64,000 bases of DNA, taken from the NCBI GenBank assembly GCA_000092065.1, contig CP000586.1. One strand, 5' to 3'. The notes below the pieces were generated by a model. That model did no database searches, was not told the origin of the DNA, and worked only from the letters and a program-made list of their open reading frames with translations. Position 1 is the stretch's first letter, and every line of letters begins with the position of its first letter. Both the position numbers and the translations under genes were made by a program. This document shows positions 29,416 to 38,702 of the stretch, piece by piece. The DNA comes from Ostreococcus lucimarinus (taxonomy: Eukaryota).

Positions 29416-31116
29416 TCACTCGTCTTCGCTGTCGTTCGTCGTCGCGTCGGAATCCCAAATCGAGTCGTCGAGTGGAAAGTTCCACGAGTCGCGCGCGCGT
29501 CGAGAGCAAAACATGACGTACGCGAGAGATCGACGTCTCGCAGAATCGTTCGCACCGCCCTTATGCATGACGCGGTAGTCATAAATGAGTACAGAACCGG
29601 GAAATAACAGTTCAGGCTGCGTTCGAGGCGCCAAAGCCTGTGCCTTGCGCTCGGGTGTCGACACATAACACGCGTCGTGGTCCCACTCGTGTGACCCGTG
29701 AATGAACGCAGTCGGTCCATCTATCGTTTCAACCTTTGCTGTGTTTATAAATACGTTGAAAATACCGAACACACGTCCATCGGCGTGAAAGTGCTGCTCC
29801 GGCGCGCCGGGCTCGGAGCTCACGCACCCGAGAGATTTGGTCGTAAAGTCGTAGTCGGCACCGTACGCCTTAGAGAGAATTGGAGAAACCCACGGCGAGA
29901 CGTACGCTCCCAAAGCTTCCCACGCGCTCACCGCGCGCTGCCCGTTTGGTTTCGCGAGAGCGCGCACTCGTTCGCATTCGGGACGAGTAAAGTCATATCG
30001 CAGTCCGCAGCGCGCCCTACTACAGATCTCGGCGTAGCGAAAGATGTCTCGACGCGAATCGACGCCTCGTGTTTCGGCGCGAGCGAGCAACTCGTCTAAG
30101 TGCTCGTCATTCGCCCGCGCGCACTCGGCGAGAGTGTCCTCGGGCACGATCGCACCAGACGCCACCGGTGATAACACCACGAAGCCGTGCACGCGCAAAC
30201 TCTCCGCCGCAGCGTCGATGGTGTCCGCGTCAGGCGTTGCGCGCTCGACGCGCAGCGCGTACGAGCACGCATCATCAAAGTCGACGCGCAACGAGCACTC
30301 ATCACCGTCATCACCGTCATCACCGTCACCATATCGTCGCACTTCCCCGTCTTCACTATGCACCGCGAGAGCTTCCACAAAATCTGCCAACACCGCCGCC
30401 TCGTCGCGTTCGGCGATCAACAACCTGTATCCGCCCTTGGCGGTTATTTCGTCGTCGTGCGCGTGTTCCGCCGCCGTCGTTCGCATGTCTTCGCACACAT
30501 CCGCGTCCAACGCCTCCGTCCGAACGACAAAACCTCGAGCGCGCAACGCGCTCTCGAACGCCGCCGCGAGCGCGGGCTTTCGCACGCCGAACGCCGCGAT
30601 AAACCGCGTCCCGCCGCCGCTCTTCGCGTGCGCGTCCACCGCCGTCGCCAATTCCTCCGCGTGTTCCTCTAAATACAGCATATCCGCCGCCACGATCACG
30701 TCATACGCGCGTCGTTCGTTTTCGTTTTCGTCCCACGTCTCCCGTCGCCCCCAATCGAGCGCCTTGACGCGGACGTCGCACGCTCGCGTCCCGTCGAACC
30801 AACCGTTTCGCAGCGCGTTGCCGTGCGCCAGCGCCAGGGTGCCTTCGTCTCGATCCGACAACGTGACCGATCGCGCTCCGAGCGCGGCGCACGCCAAGCC
30901 AACCGCACCGACGCCCGCGCCGAGCTCGAGGACGCGTCGGTCGCGCACGTCCGCGCCGTCGCGCGCGGATAAGCGCTCGACCAGGGCGTAGGCGGCGCTC
31001 CAGAGCCGACACCCGGTTCTCAACGGGACGTCGTCGGCGTCGTGGGCGATCGTGAGCGACAGCGGGGGGTGCGGGAAACTGGGGGTGGTGAACGCGCGGC
31101 GCTCGGTGAAGACCAT
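29416..31116 (-). CDS. Fusion ORF: N-terminal METTL21/FAM86-type (Methyltransf_16) protein-lysine methyltransferase-like domain plus a C-terminal PhyH-like Fe(II)/2-oxoglutarate dioxygenase domain (~567 aa; start ATG MVFTER, since the track start at 31197 is a GTG)
   Basis: MTase: LRTGCRLWSAAYALVERL, VLELGAGVGAVGLACAALGA, VKALDWG, YDVIVAADMLY. Dioxygenase: HFHADG (HxD), …FIHGSHEWDH…, PGSVLIYDYRVMHKGGAN (distal His). No stop and no in-frame ATG in the acidic DGDDGDDGDE linker. Confidence 0.65.
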   Translation of the reverse strand: MVFTERRAFTTPSFPHPPLSLTIAHDADDVPLRTGCRLWSAAYALVERLSARDGADVRDRRVLELGAGVGAVGLACAALGARSVTLSDRDEGTLALAHGNALRNGWFDGTRACDVRVKALDWGRRETWDENENERRAYDVIVAADMLYLEEHAEELATAVDAHAKSGGGTRFIAAFGVRKPALAAAFESALRARGFVVRTEALDADVCEDMRTTAAEHAHDDEITAKGGYRLLIAERDEAAVLADFVEALAVHSEDGEVRRYGDGDDGDDGDECSLRVDFDDACSYALRVERATPDADTIDAAAESLRVHGFVVLSPVASGAIVPEDTLAECARANDEHLDELLARAETRGVDSRRDIFRYAEICSRARCGLRYDFTRPECERVRALAKPNGQRAVSAWEALGAYVSPWVSPILSKAYGADYDFTTKSLGCVSSEPGAPEQHFHADGRVFGIFNVFINTAKVETIDGPTAFIHGSHEWDHDACYVSTPERKAQALAPRTQPELLFPGSVLIYDYRVMHKGGANDSARRRSLAYVMFCSRRARDSWNFPLDDSIWDSDATTNDSEDE

Positions 31117-31236
31117 GACATGGGCGCCGCGTCCGTCGCGGTGTGCGGACGCGCTCGCGACTGGGACGCGCTCGCGGGCGACAACTTTTACTGACACAAA
31201 CGCGCGGCGAACTACGAAGCGCTGGGTTAGGTTGAG

Positions 31237-32901
31237 TCACGCTCGCGCGTTCACGCCGTCGCGTTTGCTGACGAGTTGGAGCACGATGAAACGCCGAGTG
31301 AGAACGAGAATGGCCGCGCACGCAACGACGACGCCGGCGCCGACGAACGCGTACGCGGGATCTGCGGCAAACAACTTGCCGAAAACGATCGGCGCGATGA
31401 TGCGAGCGACGGCATTGATGGCTGAATCAACACCCATGACGGTACCACGTCTCGTTGGTGGCACGCATTGCATGAGAAGGATCGGGATAGCGGGCGTAAA
31501 CAGCGGCAAACCGGCGACGTAGACGAAGGCGGCGGGCGGCACCAATGCGGGCGCCGCTTGACCGATCGCGACGAGACCGGTGGCGACGAGAGTCAAACCG
31601 ATGACTGTTGTTTTTGTGAGTCCAAATAGCTTTTGCGTCGGCGCGAATAGCGTCGCGCTAACCGTCAAAGAGACGGCAGACAACGCGGTGAGCAAGGCGC
31701 CGATTTGCGTCGGCGCCATGGAGAGCTTCTTTGACAGTAAGAGCGGAAAGAACGAATCAAACGTGCTCTGACCGGCGTTGTACAGGAAACTCGTCATACA
31801 AATCGTCGCGACCGCTGGCAGGTATTGCTGCCCGAGCGGACAACTCAGCGCGTCGGGGTCGTATACGCCAGGAAGCGACGTCTTCGGAAGCGTCGTCTGC
31901 GTCGGAACGCCCGCAATGGGACTCGAAGGCGTCGCATAAGCGGCGCTGGGCTTACCTTCGTCGACTTTATCTTTTTCCAACTCTGACGCATCGTCGACAT
32001 CGCCTTCCGTCGTCTCTCGCATCGACGCCTTCATCGCTTGCGGCGGCGTCATGAATAAGAGCACCAACGTCGCCGCCGCGACGCTCGCCCAACCGGTCAC
32101 GCTAATCGCCGCGCTCAGACTAAATCCGGCGAACAACACCCCTCCCAACGTCGGCCCGACGATAAACGCCAGCGTGCACGACGCCTCGCGCCACGCCATG
32201 AGCTGTGGCAAAAATTCTGGCGTCGAAGCGTCGGCGAGATACGCCTTCACCACCGGACTCGCCCCCGCGAACGCGCCGCTCAGCACGCGCAAGAGCAAAA
32301 ACGTCTCGAACGACGCCCCAGATCGCACACACAACCCTTGCAAAATCAACCCTATCCCTACTCCCATCAAACTCAACACGATGATCGGTTTCCGACCAAC
32401 CTTGTCGCTCAACTGCGGCCAAAAAAAGAGCGCTCCGAACATCCCGAGCGGATACGCGCTCGTGAGATATCCCACGTTCTCCGCCGCGACGCCGAACCGT
32501 CGCACCAAACCGGGCGTGATCGGCCCCGTCACCGTAAATCCAAGCAGGTGCAGAAACACCGCGAGCATCACACACGCGATGCTGAGCTTTTGTCGCCATT
32601 CGATCCGCGCCGCGTCCGGCGCCGCGCGTTCGCTCGCCTTCGCGTCGTTCGCGCGCGTCCTCGTCCTCATCCTCGCGTGCTCCGCGCCCGCGCGCCGCGC
32701 GCCGCGCTCAAACGCGCGCATTTCGACGCCCGCGTCCTCCGCGCGCGCGCCCACGCGCACGCGTCGTCGCGCGTCGCCCGTCCCCATCGCGCGCCCGCCC
32801 GGTTTCGCCCGCGAACCGCCGTCGCGTCTCTCGCGTCGTCTCTCCGTCGTCGTCGTCGTCCGAGCCGCGCGGTGCGCGCGCGCGACGATCGCGCGCGTCA
32901 T
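31237..32901 (-). CDS. Major facilitator superfamily transporter (12 predicted TM helices). The true start may be an internal ATG at 32787, 32721 or 32670
   Basis: Two 6-TM halves with an MFS-like signature between TM2 and TM3 (GALFFWPQLSDKVGRKPIIVLSLMG) and a central cytosolic loop. The N-terminal ~80 aa are Arg-rich. Confidence 0.8.
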   Translation of the reverse strand: MTRAIVARAHRAARTTTTTERRRERRDGGSRAKPGGRAMGTGDARRRVRVGARAEDAGVEMRAFERGARRAGAEHARMRTRTRANDAKASERAAPDAARIEWRQKLSIACVMLAVFLHLLGFTVTGPITPGLVRRFGVAAENVGYLTSAYPLGMFGALFFWPQLSDKVGRKPIIVLSLMGVGIGLILQGLCVRSGASFETFLLLRVLSGAFAGASPVVKAYLADASTPEFLPQLMAWREASCTLAFIVGPTLGGVLFAGFSLSAAISVTGWASVAAATLVLLFMTPPQAMKASMRETTEGDVDDASELEKDKVDEGKPSAAYATPSSPIAGVPTQTTLPKTSLPGVYDPDALSCPLGQQYLPAVATICMTSFLYNAGQSTFDSFFPLLLSKKLSMAPTQIGALLTALSAVSLTVSATLFAPTQKLFGLTKTTVIGLTLVATGLVAIGQAAPALVPPAAFVYVAGLPLFTPAIPILLMQCVPPTRRGTVMGVDSAINAVARIIAPIVFGKLFAADPAYAFVGAGVVVACAAILVLTRRFIVLQLVSKRDGVNARA

Positions 32902-33002
32902 GCGCGTCGCGTCTCGCGCGCGCGGTCGCGAACGCGCGTCGCGAACGCGCGCGTCGGCGTCCTCGAGTGAGGCCCCCTCGACACTCGTCGACGCGACGAA
33001 GG

Positions 33003-33566
33003 ATGTCGACGATGCCGACGACGACGATCTCGGCGCCCGCGCGAGCGGTGCGCGCGAACCGCGCGCGAGGCGCCGTGCGCGCGCGCTCGACGGTGTACGC
33101 GTACGAAACGATCGCGCTCGGACGCACGCTCACCGGGACGCACTTCATCGACTTGACGGAACACATCGACGCCGCGGTGGCGAAGAGCGGCGTGAAGAAC
33201 GGCGTGGTGCACGTGCTGAGTCGACACACGACGACGGCGGTGACGATAAACGAAAACGAGGCGCGATTGATGGACGACGCGAGGATGTACTTTGCGAAGC
33301 TGGCGCCGGCGACGGATTTCTATCTGCACAACGACTTGGACAGACGAAGCGGACCGGCGGATTGGCCGGGCGGCGACGAGGCGTGGCGCGCGCAAGAACC
33401 CGAGAACTGTCACGCGCACTTGTTGAGCATGGTGATCGGGAACAGCGAGACGATTCCAGTGAGCGAGGGGAAGACGACGCTGGGGACGTGGCAGAGTTGC
33501 ATGTTCGTCGAATTAGACGGACCGCGCGAACGCACGGTGGGGATTCAAGTCGTCGGCGAGCGATAG
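33003..33566 (+). CDS. YjbQ/UPF0047-family protein (secondary thiamine-phosphate synthase enzyme family) with a short N-terminal presequence
   Basis: …TGTHFIDLTEHIDAAVAKSGVKNGVVHVLSRHTTTAVTINENEARLMDD…HLLSMVIGNSETIPVSEGKTTLGTWQSCMFVELDGPRERTVGIQVVG is the conserved YjbQ layout. The track start at 32967 is GTG; the first ATG is 33003. Confidence 0.7.
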   Translation: MSTMPTTTISAPARAVRANRARGAVRARSTVYAYETIALGRTLTGTHFIDLTEHIDAAVAKSGVKNGVVHVLSRHTTTAVTINENEARLMDDARMYFAKLAPATDFYLHNDLDRRSGPADWPGGDEAWRAQEPENCHAHLLSMVIGNSETIPVSEGKTTLGTWQSCMFVELDGPRERTVGIQVVGER

Positions 33567-33607
33567 ATAGATCCGCGCGTGTACTCTATAACTATTCTAT
33601 GTTACAT

Positions 33608-33976
33608 TCATCGCGACCTCGACGCGTCCAGCGCGTCGAGCTGCGAGCGCAAATCGAAGACGCGGCGGCAGCGCGTCCACCACTCGCCAACCTTCGCCTC
33701 GGGCGCCGGTCGCTGCAACGCGCGCGTCACCTCGCCCCACTCCACGCACCGTTCGCTCATCGCCATGTGTCTCGCGAAGTCCACGTCGGGATCGAACGCG
33801 TCGACCGTCGTCATGTGCATGAACAAGCGCACGCCAGAGCGGTAAATGAACATGTCGACCACGCCGACCGCGCGCAGGCTCTCCAAAATCTCTGGCCACG
33901 CGCGCGCGTGTAGGGCGTCGTACGCCTCGATCGCGTCTTCGCTCTCGAGCTCGATCGTCTGCGCGAACGTCTTCAT
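33608..33976 (-). CDS. L-rhamnose mutarotase (RhaM family, ~122 aa), convergent with and 42 bp from the YjbQ gene
   Basis: MKTFAQTIELESEDAIEAYDALHARAWPEILESLRAVGVVDMFIYRSGVRLFMHMTTVD…WWTRCRRVF is collinear with RhaM (…WPE…, terminal WW motif). ATG verified at 33976. Confidence 0.65.
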   Translation of the reverse strand: MKTFAQTIELESEDAIEAYDALHARAWPEILESLRAVGVVDMFIYRSGVRLFMHMTTVDAFDPDVDFARHMAMSERCVEWGEVTRALQRPAPEAKVGEWWTRCRRVFDLRSQLDALDASRSR

Positions 33977-34186
33977 TCGCGTCGCGTCGCGTCGCTTCTC
34001 TCGCGCTCCGCTCGCGCGCGTCGATCGCTTCGCGCCGATCGACGCGCGTGAATGCGGGTGCCGCGACACGAACCGTTGCGCGCGGAATTCAAAAATTTCA
34101 TTTCAAAATTTGACTCGCCCGATTGACGCGACCGCGCGTCAATTCGCGACGCGGCGATCGACGCGCGCGAGAAAATCGGCGGAGAT

Positions 34187-35098
34187 ATGGCGATGATGGA
34201 CGTCGACGACGCGCGCGCGCACCCGGCGGCGCGATTGGTGTTTGACGACGACGAGAGCGTGGAAGTTCGAACGAGCGACGTTTTGAGCGAGGATGCGAAC
34301 GCGCGCGTGCGCGTGCTCACGGCGGACGTGGAGGATGCGATGGATGTGAAGATGAGCGCGGCGAACGCGGGGAAGACGAAAATGGGCGCGGCGACGATGT
34401 TTGCGCGATTGTTCGGGACGGATGGCGAGCGAGGGAGCAAGCGGGACCGAGCGGCGTCGCCGGCGGTGAAAATGAACAGACGGAAAGCCGCCGATGGGAC
34501 GCGCACGCAAGATTTAGGGCGTTTGGCGCGAGAGTTGGCGCAACAATTGGATGAGCCGAAGGTGCGCTTGCTCGCGCGAGCGATAAACGAGCTCGGCGAG
34601 GCGCAAGTCAGAGCGTACGTGCTCGAGGCGGCGACGCAACAGCGCCACGGCGGTGAGATGACCGCGTTGGGAGACCGTCGAAGAACGACGGGAGGGATCT
34701 TTTGGGCCATCGTTCGCGCGAGAACGAAACCGGAGGTGTACGACATCATTTACGCCGAAGAACGAGAACGACAAAAGGAACGAAGCAAGGCGCGCGCTCG
34801 TGCGCGCCGCGCCGCCGCAGACGGCAAGGAAAACATTCCTCCTGTCGGTCATGCCAAGCCTACGATGGCGCAAATCTTGTTTGGAAGCATCAGAGATGAG
34901 CACTTCCCCGAAAACCGCGCGCCCTTGGCCCCGATTGTCGTTCCCATCGACGCCGTCACGCCGAAGCCGACGCTGAAAACCGTTGGATGGGCGGACGACG
35001 ACGACGACTTTGACTTCTCCGCTGGATCCGAGCTCGCGGCGCCGATGAAGACACAAAAGCCCGATTTTACGTTCGCACAAATCGCCAAGATGCGTTAG
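34187..35098 (+). CDS. PHAX-like (phosphorylated adaptor for RNA export) RNA-binding domain protein (303 aa)
   Basis: LARELAQQLDEPKVRLLARAINELGEAQVRAYVLEAATQQRHGGEMTALGDRRRTTGGIFWAIVRAR matches the PHAX RNA-binding (RNA_GG_bind) region (GGxxTxDGxRRTPGGVF). Acidic N-terminus. Confidence 0.55.
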   Translation: MAMMDVDDARAHPAARLVFDDDESVEVRTSDVLSEDANARVRVLTADVEDAMDVKMSAANAGKTKMGAATMFARLFGTDGERGSKRDRAASPAVKMNRRKAADGTRTQDLGRLARELAQQLDEPKVRLLARAINELGEAQVRAYVLEAATQQRHGGEMTALGDRRRTTGGIFWAIVRARTKPEVYDIIYAEERERQKERSKARARARRAAADGKENIPPVGHAKPTMAQILFGSIRDEHFPENRAPLAPIVVPIDAVTPKPTLKTVGWADDDDDFDFSAGSELAAPMKTQKPDFTFAQIAKMR

Positions 35099-35698
35099 AC
35101 CGCCAAGACTGGCGACTGACGTCCTCGACGAGCGTTTCGCGTCGCGGCGGTCGATGTCAAACCTCGTCTCGCGTGTACTTTACATCTTTAACCCGCGTCC
35201 ACCGGTGGTGTGATCGCCGTGGAATCACCACCAGATCGACGCAATGTTTAATAACGTCACGATTCACACTCTCTGGCGCCACGTCTCGCCGCGTCGCCGC
35301 GCGCGTTCGCCCGTTCGGCGATGGTTCCAATCGACACACACGGACCTTTGAATCCGAGTCACCGACGCGCGGAATCGCGGGTTCATTCCCTCGCGCGTCA
35401 ACATGTTCACCGTTCAAGCCACGCAAATCGTCACCACGGTGCGCATCGACGCACGCTCTCGCGCCCGTTCGTTTCGGCGCGTCACACCGCGGCGCGCGCG
35501 CGACGCGCGCGTCGCACGACGCCGCGACGATCATCGGAGATAGCGTATCTGGACGATCCCGAACGATCGAGACCGACGCCGCGGGACGCGCGCGCGAACG
35601 GCGCGTCGCGCGACGAAGCGGCGCGAATAAATACCTCGCGATGCGCTCGCGAGGCGAACGAACGCGAAGACTGACGCGCGACGCGCTCGCGATCGCAG

Positions 35699-36082
35699 GC
35701 TAAGGCGCCGACGACGAAGCCCGCGAAGCGCGTCCAAAAGGCGGCGTCGCTCGGCTTGGCCGCCGTCGTCGCGGTTTCGCTTCAAGTCGCCCCGGCTCGC
35801 GCCGATCTCACCTCCGATTTGCTCGCGAAGACGGAAGCGAACAAGGAGTTGAACGATAAGAAGCGCGCCGCGACGTCGAGCGCGAACTTTGAACGCTCTC
35901 GCACCGTCACGGATGGGTTTTGCAACTTTCCGCAAAACATCTTCGGGTGCGAAAACGCCGCGGAGAAGGGCGACGTCAAGTTTTTGTCCGACGATTTGAA
36001 GGTCGAGTGCGAAGGCACGGATGCCGGTAAAATCTGCGCCAGCAAGAACTCTGGTTCGTACCCGTCCTTCCTCGGTTTGTAA
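35699..36082 (+). CDS. psaN: Photosystem I reaction-centre subunit N (PsaN). This is the second/last exon with the lumenal-targeting hydrophobic stretch and the mature protein. Exon 1 is probably 35403..35438
   Basis: Mature part KTEANKELNDKKRAATSSANFERSRTVTDGFCNFPQNIFGCENAAEKGDVKFLSDDLKVECEGTDAGKICASKN is collinear with plant PsaN (…KTNKELNDKKRLATSGANFARA…FGSCKFPENFTGC…ECEGKD…). It is preceded by the thylakoid-transfer-like AAVVAVSLQVAPARA. The track start at 35756 is a TTG. In frame upstream there is no ATG before a TGA at 35672, but a CGCAG acceptor with an ACTGAC branch ends at 35698. A candidate exon 1 (ATG 35403, MFTVQATQIVTT, GTGCGC donor at 35439) is in phase. Confidence 0.8.
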   Translation, partial: AKAPTTKPAKRVQKAASLGLAAVVAVSLQVAPARADLTSDLLAKTEANKELNDKKRAATSSANFERSRTVTDGFCNFPQNIFGCENAAEKGDVKFLSDDLKVECEGTDAGKICASKNSGSYPSFLGL

Positions 36083-36117
36083 GCGTGCGAGCGCGGAGCC
36101 CAAACGCGTCGACGCGT

Positions 36118-36122
36118 TGTAA
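36118..36122 (+). promoter_or_regulatory. TGTAA polyadenylation-signal motif downstream of psaN. A second TGTAA overlaps the stop codon at 36078-36082
   Basis: 'gcgttgtaactaag' ~38 nt after the stop. Confidence 0.4.
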
Positions 36123-36386
36123 CTAAGTCACGCAACCGGCGACCCAGAATCGGAATGAGCGAACCGACTCGCGCGTCACATCGCCGCGTCAGCACCGCGC
36201 GTCTTCGCGCGCACGCGTCTTCGCGCGCTCGCAACTCGATCGAACGCGTCTTCACGCGCGTCGCGCCACGCTCCGCGCGCGCGCGTCGCCGATTCGCGCG
36301 CGGACAACGCCGCCGCCGCCGGCTCATCGATTCGTTCGTTCATTCGTTCGCGCGCGCATCGATCCATCGCTCGCGACGCGCGTTAG

Positions 36387-36677
36387 ATGCCCAAGTACGG
36401 CGTGCACGTGAACAAGTACTACGTCCCCGACGACGTCCCGACGTGGGCGAAACTGAACGTGAAACAAGCGAGCAAGAAGATTGCGAAATCGCGAAGCCGA
36501 GAGACGAAGCAAGCGCTCGGGAAAAAAGCCAAAGCGGCGGTGAAACTGGCGAACCGTAAGGGCGGAAGAGGCAAACGAAATCCCGCGAACGCGGATTTTA
36601 AAAAGAATTTAAAGCTCGCGAAGGATTTGAAGAAGAATAAACGTAAAGGACGTCAGGCAAAAAGACCGGGGACGTAG
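36387..36677 (+). CDS. Small lysine-rich basic protein (96 aa), function unknown
   Basis: ATG ORF MPKYGVHVNKYYVPDDVPTWAKLNVKQASKKIAKSRSRETKQALGKKAKAAVKLANRKGGRGKRNP…. Highly basic; plausibly a nucleolar or ribosome-associated factor, but no family recognised. Confidence 0.4.
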   Translation: MPKYGVHVNKYYVPDDVPTWAKLNVKQASKKIAKSRSRETKQALGKKAKAAVKLANRKGGRGKRNPANADFKKNLKLAKDLKKNKRKGRQAKRPGT

Positions 36678-36716
36678 GCGAACGAAGGAACGAAGGAGCG
36701 AAGGAACAAAGGAACG

Positions 36717-38450
36717 ATGGCGGCGAGACGCGAACGAGAGGGTGGCGACGGCGGTGATGATGAAATTTCCGAGACCGAGAGTGATCGTTTCATCGTAAAA
36801 GTTGCGGAGTACTTGCAAGGTGCGATCGGTGCGCACGGTTGGAGCGAGGAGACCGTTCGCGGGGCGTTTGACGAGGCGGTGAAGCACATGCCTAAAGGAA
36901 GAGCTCGAAAGGCTTTGCGAGCGGGTTTCGATGAGTACGCGGATAAATTATGTGACACAATTTACCGCAAAAATGGTCCCTCGATCGAGCGCACGAAAGA
37001 GGAGCGTAAGATTGCAAAGTTGAGCAAGGATCCGTCGAGCGCGTGGTGGGCGTTGCATCAAGAGCCGCTCGAAGATTTTGCGTCGGCGTCTTTGGAAGTA
37101 TTGTGCGTAGAGTTTGACTACTCACTCAAACGTGCATCCTTCGATATCCCCGCATACGTCCTCATGAAGGCGTTGGAGATTTCTGACATGCTGCCTGAAG
37201 ATGTAGCGACGATGGAAGAAATTCGCGAGGCGGCACTTCGTCGTCTCGTCGATATCGCGCAAGCATCCAAAGCTGCGTTTGAAAAGAAGGCAACGAAGAC
37301 GCAGGATGACTTCGTCAAGGTGAATAATCTCGTAGGTAGACTCGCGGGCGCGACGGCTATTCGTCGTAAAATGCAAGGCGCTCGTGATGAAACTGCAAAG
37401 TTGGCGGCGGAGATTGTCATGCTGAGGCACGATTTCCGTAAACTCGCCTCGCAAGACGCGAGTCTGAGTCCACCAGAGCACGAGATCGGCGTCACCGCAT
37501 CACACGATGCCGCGGTGTTATTAGGAAACTATCGTGGGGATTTAGCAGCTTTGCTCGCCGAGAGGTTGCCCGAGGACGAGAACGAGCTCGCGCGCATGTT
37601 TGGCGAAGGCGATTTGCCCATCTTTGAGTGCGCCCTCGGCCTCGGTGGTTTCGACGCCGATTTTGAGAAACGAGGCAAAAAGAATGGACTGATGTTCGGC
37701 ATGTTGGATATCGATGTGAAAGATGTGAAAGATGTCGGCAAGAACGCACCTCCGGCGCTCTTACGTCGACCACCAAAGGCAAAGTTTGATGCCAACAAAG
37801 AGGTGAACGATTACGATATGGAAGCTTTCGCTCACGCGGGGGCCGGGGTATCGACGACCAGTATTGCAGAGTCTGCATTTAATAAGTCCGACTTTATCGA
37901 TACCGACTATCTCACCGAGGCGCTGTCGCTGGTGGGTAAAGACGACGACGAACGTAGCGGACCAGGGCGAGTCAAGTTGTACTTTGCCGTCGTGCGAGTC
38001 GCTCGAGCATACATCAAGCTTTTGAACGAGGCTGGTAAACGTAAGAGGTCCTCGGCTGTGGCGCGATACATGGCAGTCGCACCTGCGCCTGAGGTGCTTC
38101 TCATGCACGTTCCGGAGTCGTCTGGAATCGATAATACAGATGCTCGCGCGATGTCCGTCGAGCTCTCCGTCGCCTCCATCAAGGCGCTGCAAAGCATCGT
38201 CAACGAATGGAACGAAATGCGTACGCTGTTCAAATCTGCGGCGCAGAGTGAAGGTGGCTTTTTCATCGATGTTAATCGTACCGCAGGAGATGCCGCGAGG
38301 TTGGCGTTTGAAGAAGGTGAGTCTGCCGAGGACGACGGCGCGGGCGTCGACGACGAAACCGAAAAAGAACTCATGGCCATGCTCGACAAGCTCGAAGGCC
38401 CGGATGCATCTAGCGACGATAGCGACGACGAGGCGAGCGATGAAGATTAG
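36717..38450 (+). CDS. Hypothetical protein (577 aa) with an acidic Ser/Asp-rich C-terminal tail
   Basis: Long ATG ORF of diverse composition, mostly helical, ending …LEGPDASSDDSDDEASDED. No family recognised. Confidence 0.45.
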   Translation: MAARREREGGDGGDDEISETESDRFIVKVAEYLQGAIGAHGWSEETVRGAFDEAVKHMPKGRARKALRAGFDEYADKLCDTIYRKNGPSIERTKEERKIAKLSKDPSSAWWALHQEPLEDFASASLEVLCVEFDYSLKRASFDIPAYVLMKALEISDMLPEDVATMEEIREAALRRLVDIAQASKAAFEKKATKTQDDFVKVNNLVGRLAGATAIRRKMQGARDETAKLAAEIVMLRHDFRKLASQDASLSPPEHEIGVTASHDAAVLLGNYRGDLAALLAERLPEDENELARMFGEGDLPIFECALGLGGFDADFEKRGKKNGLMFGMLDIDVKDVKDVGKNAPPALLRRPPKAKFDANKEVNDYDMEAFAHAGAGVSTTSIAESAFNKSDFIDTDYLTEALSLVGKDDDERSGPGRVKLYFAVVRVARAYIKLLNEAGKRKRSSAVARYMAVAPAPEVLLMHVPESSGIDNTDARAMSVELSVASIKALQSIVNEWNEMRTLFKSAAQSEGGFFIDVNRTAGDAARLAFEEGESAEDDGAGVDDETEKELMAMLDKLEGPDASSDDSDDEASDED

Positions 38451-38702
38451 TGAACAGTCGTTGTAGTGTATCAGTTCCGCTTCAGAGCCGCTGGAGCGGC
38501 GCCGCCTCGCAGACGGTGAAAAATACAGCCACCGACTCTAGGGATGTTGGCATTGGCGCTCTCGCGTACTTGCTCGCGCCGGAGATGACGGCTTCGCTCG
38601 CCGCCAATTTTGCGCCGACGTAAGGGAGAAGTTTGCTTGGTGTAGTGTTGCTTATTACGGACTAAGATGATATACCAGCACTTGTAGTGGAGAGTTCAGT
38701 TT

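Noticed and set aside
32051-33913. 620-aa plus-strand ORF, and similar long ORFs at 38910..40226, 20443..21144, 20587..21711, 24641..25492, 59139..59945, 60337..61392 and 58850..60841
   Set aside because: They are Arg/Ala/Ser/Pro-dominated translations lying antisense to or overlapping well-supported genes (MFS transporter, LC8-like gene, SAM50, etc.) in 70-75% GC DNA where stop codons are rare. They lack aromatic residues and any domain signal. Only the 32967..33566 portion, in a different frame, is real (YjbQ).
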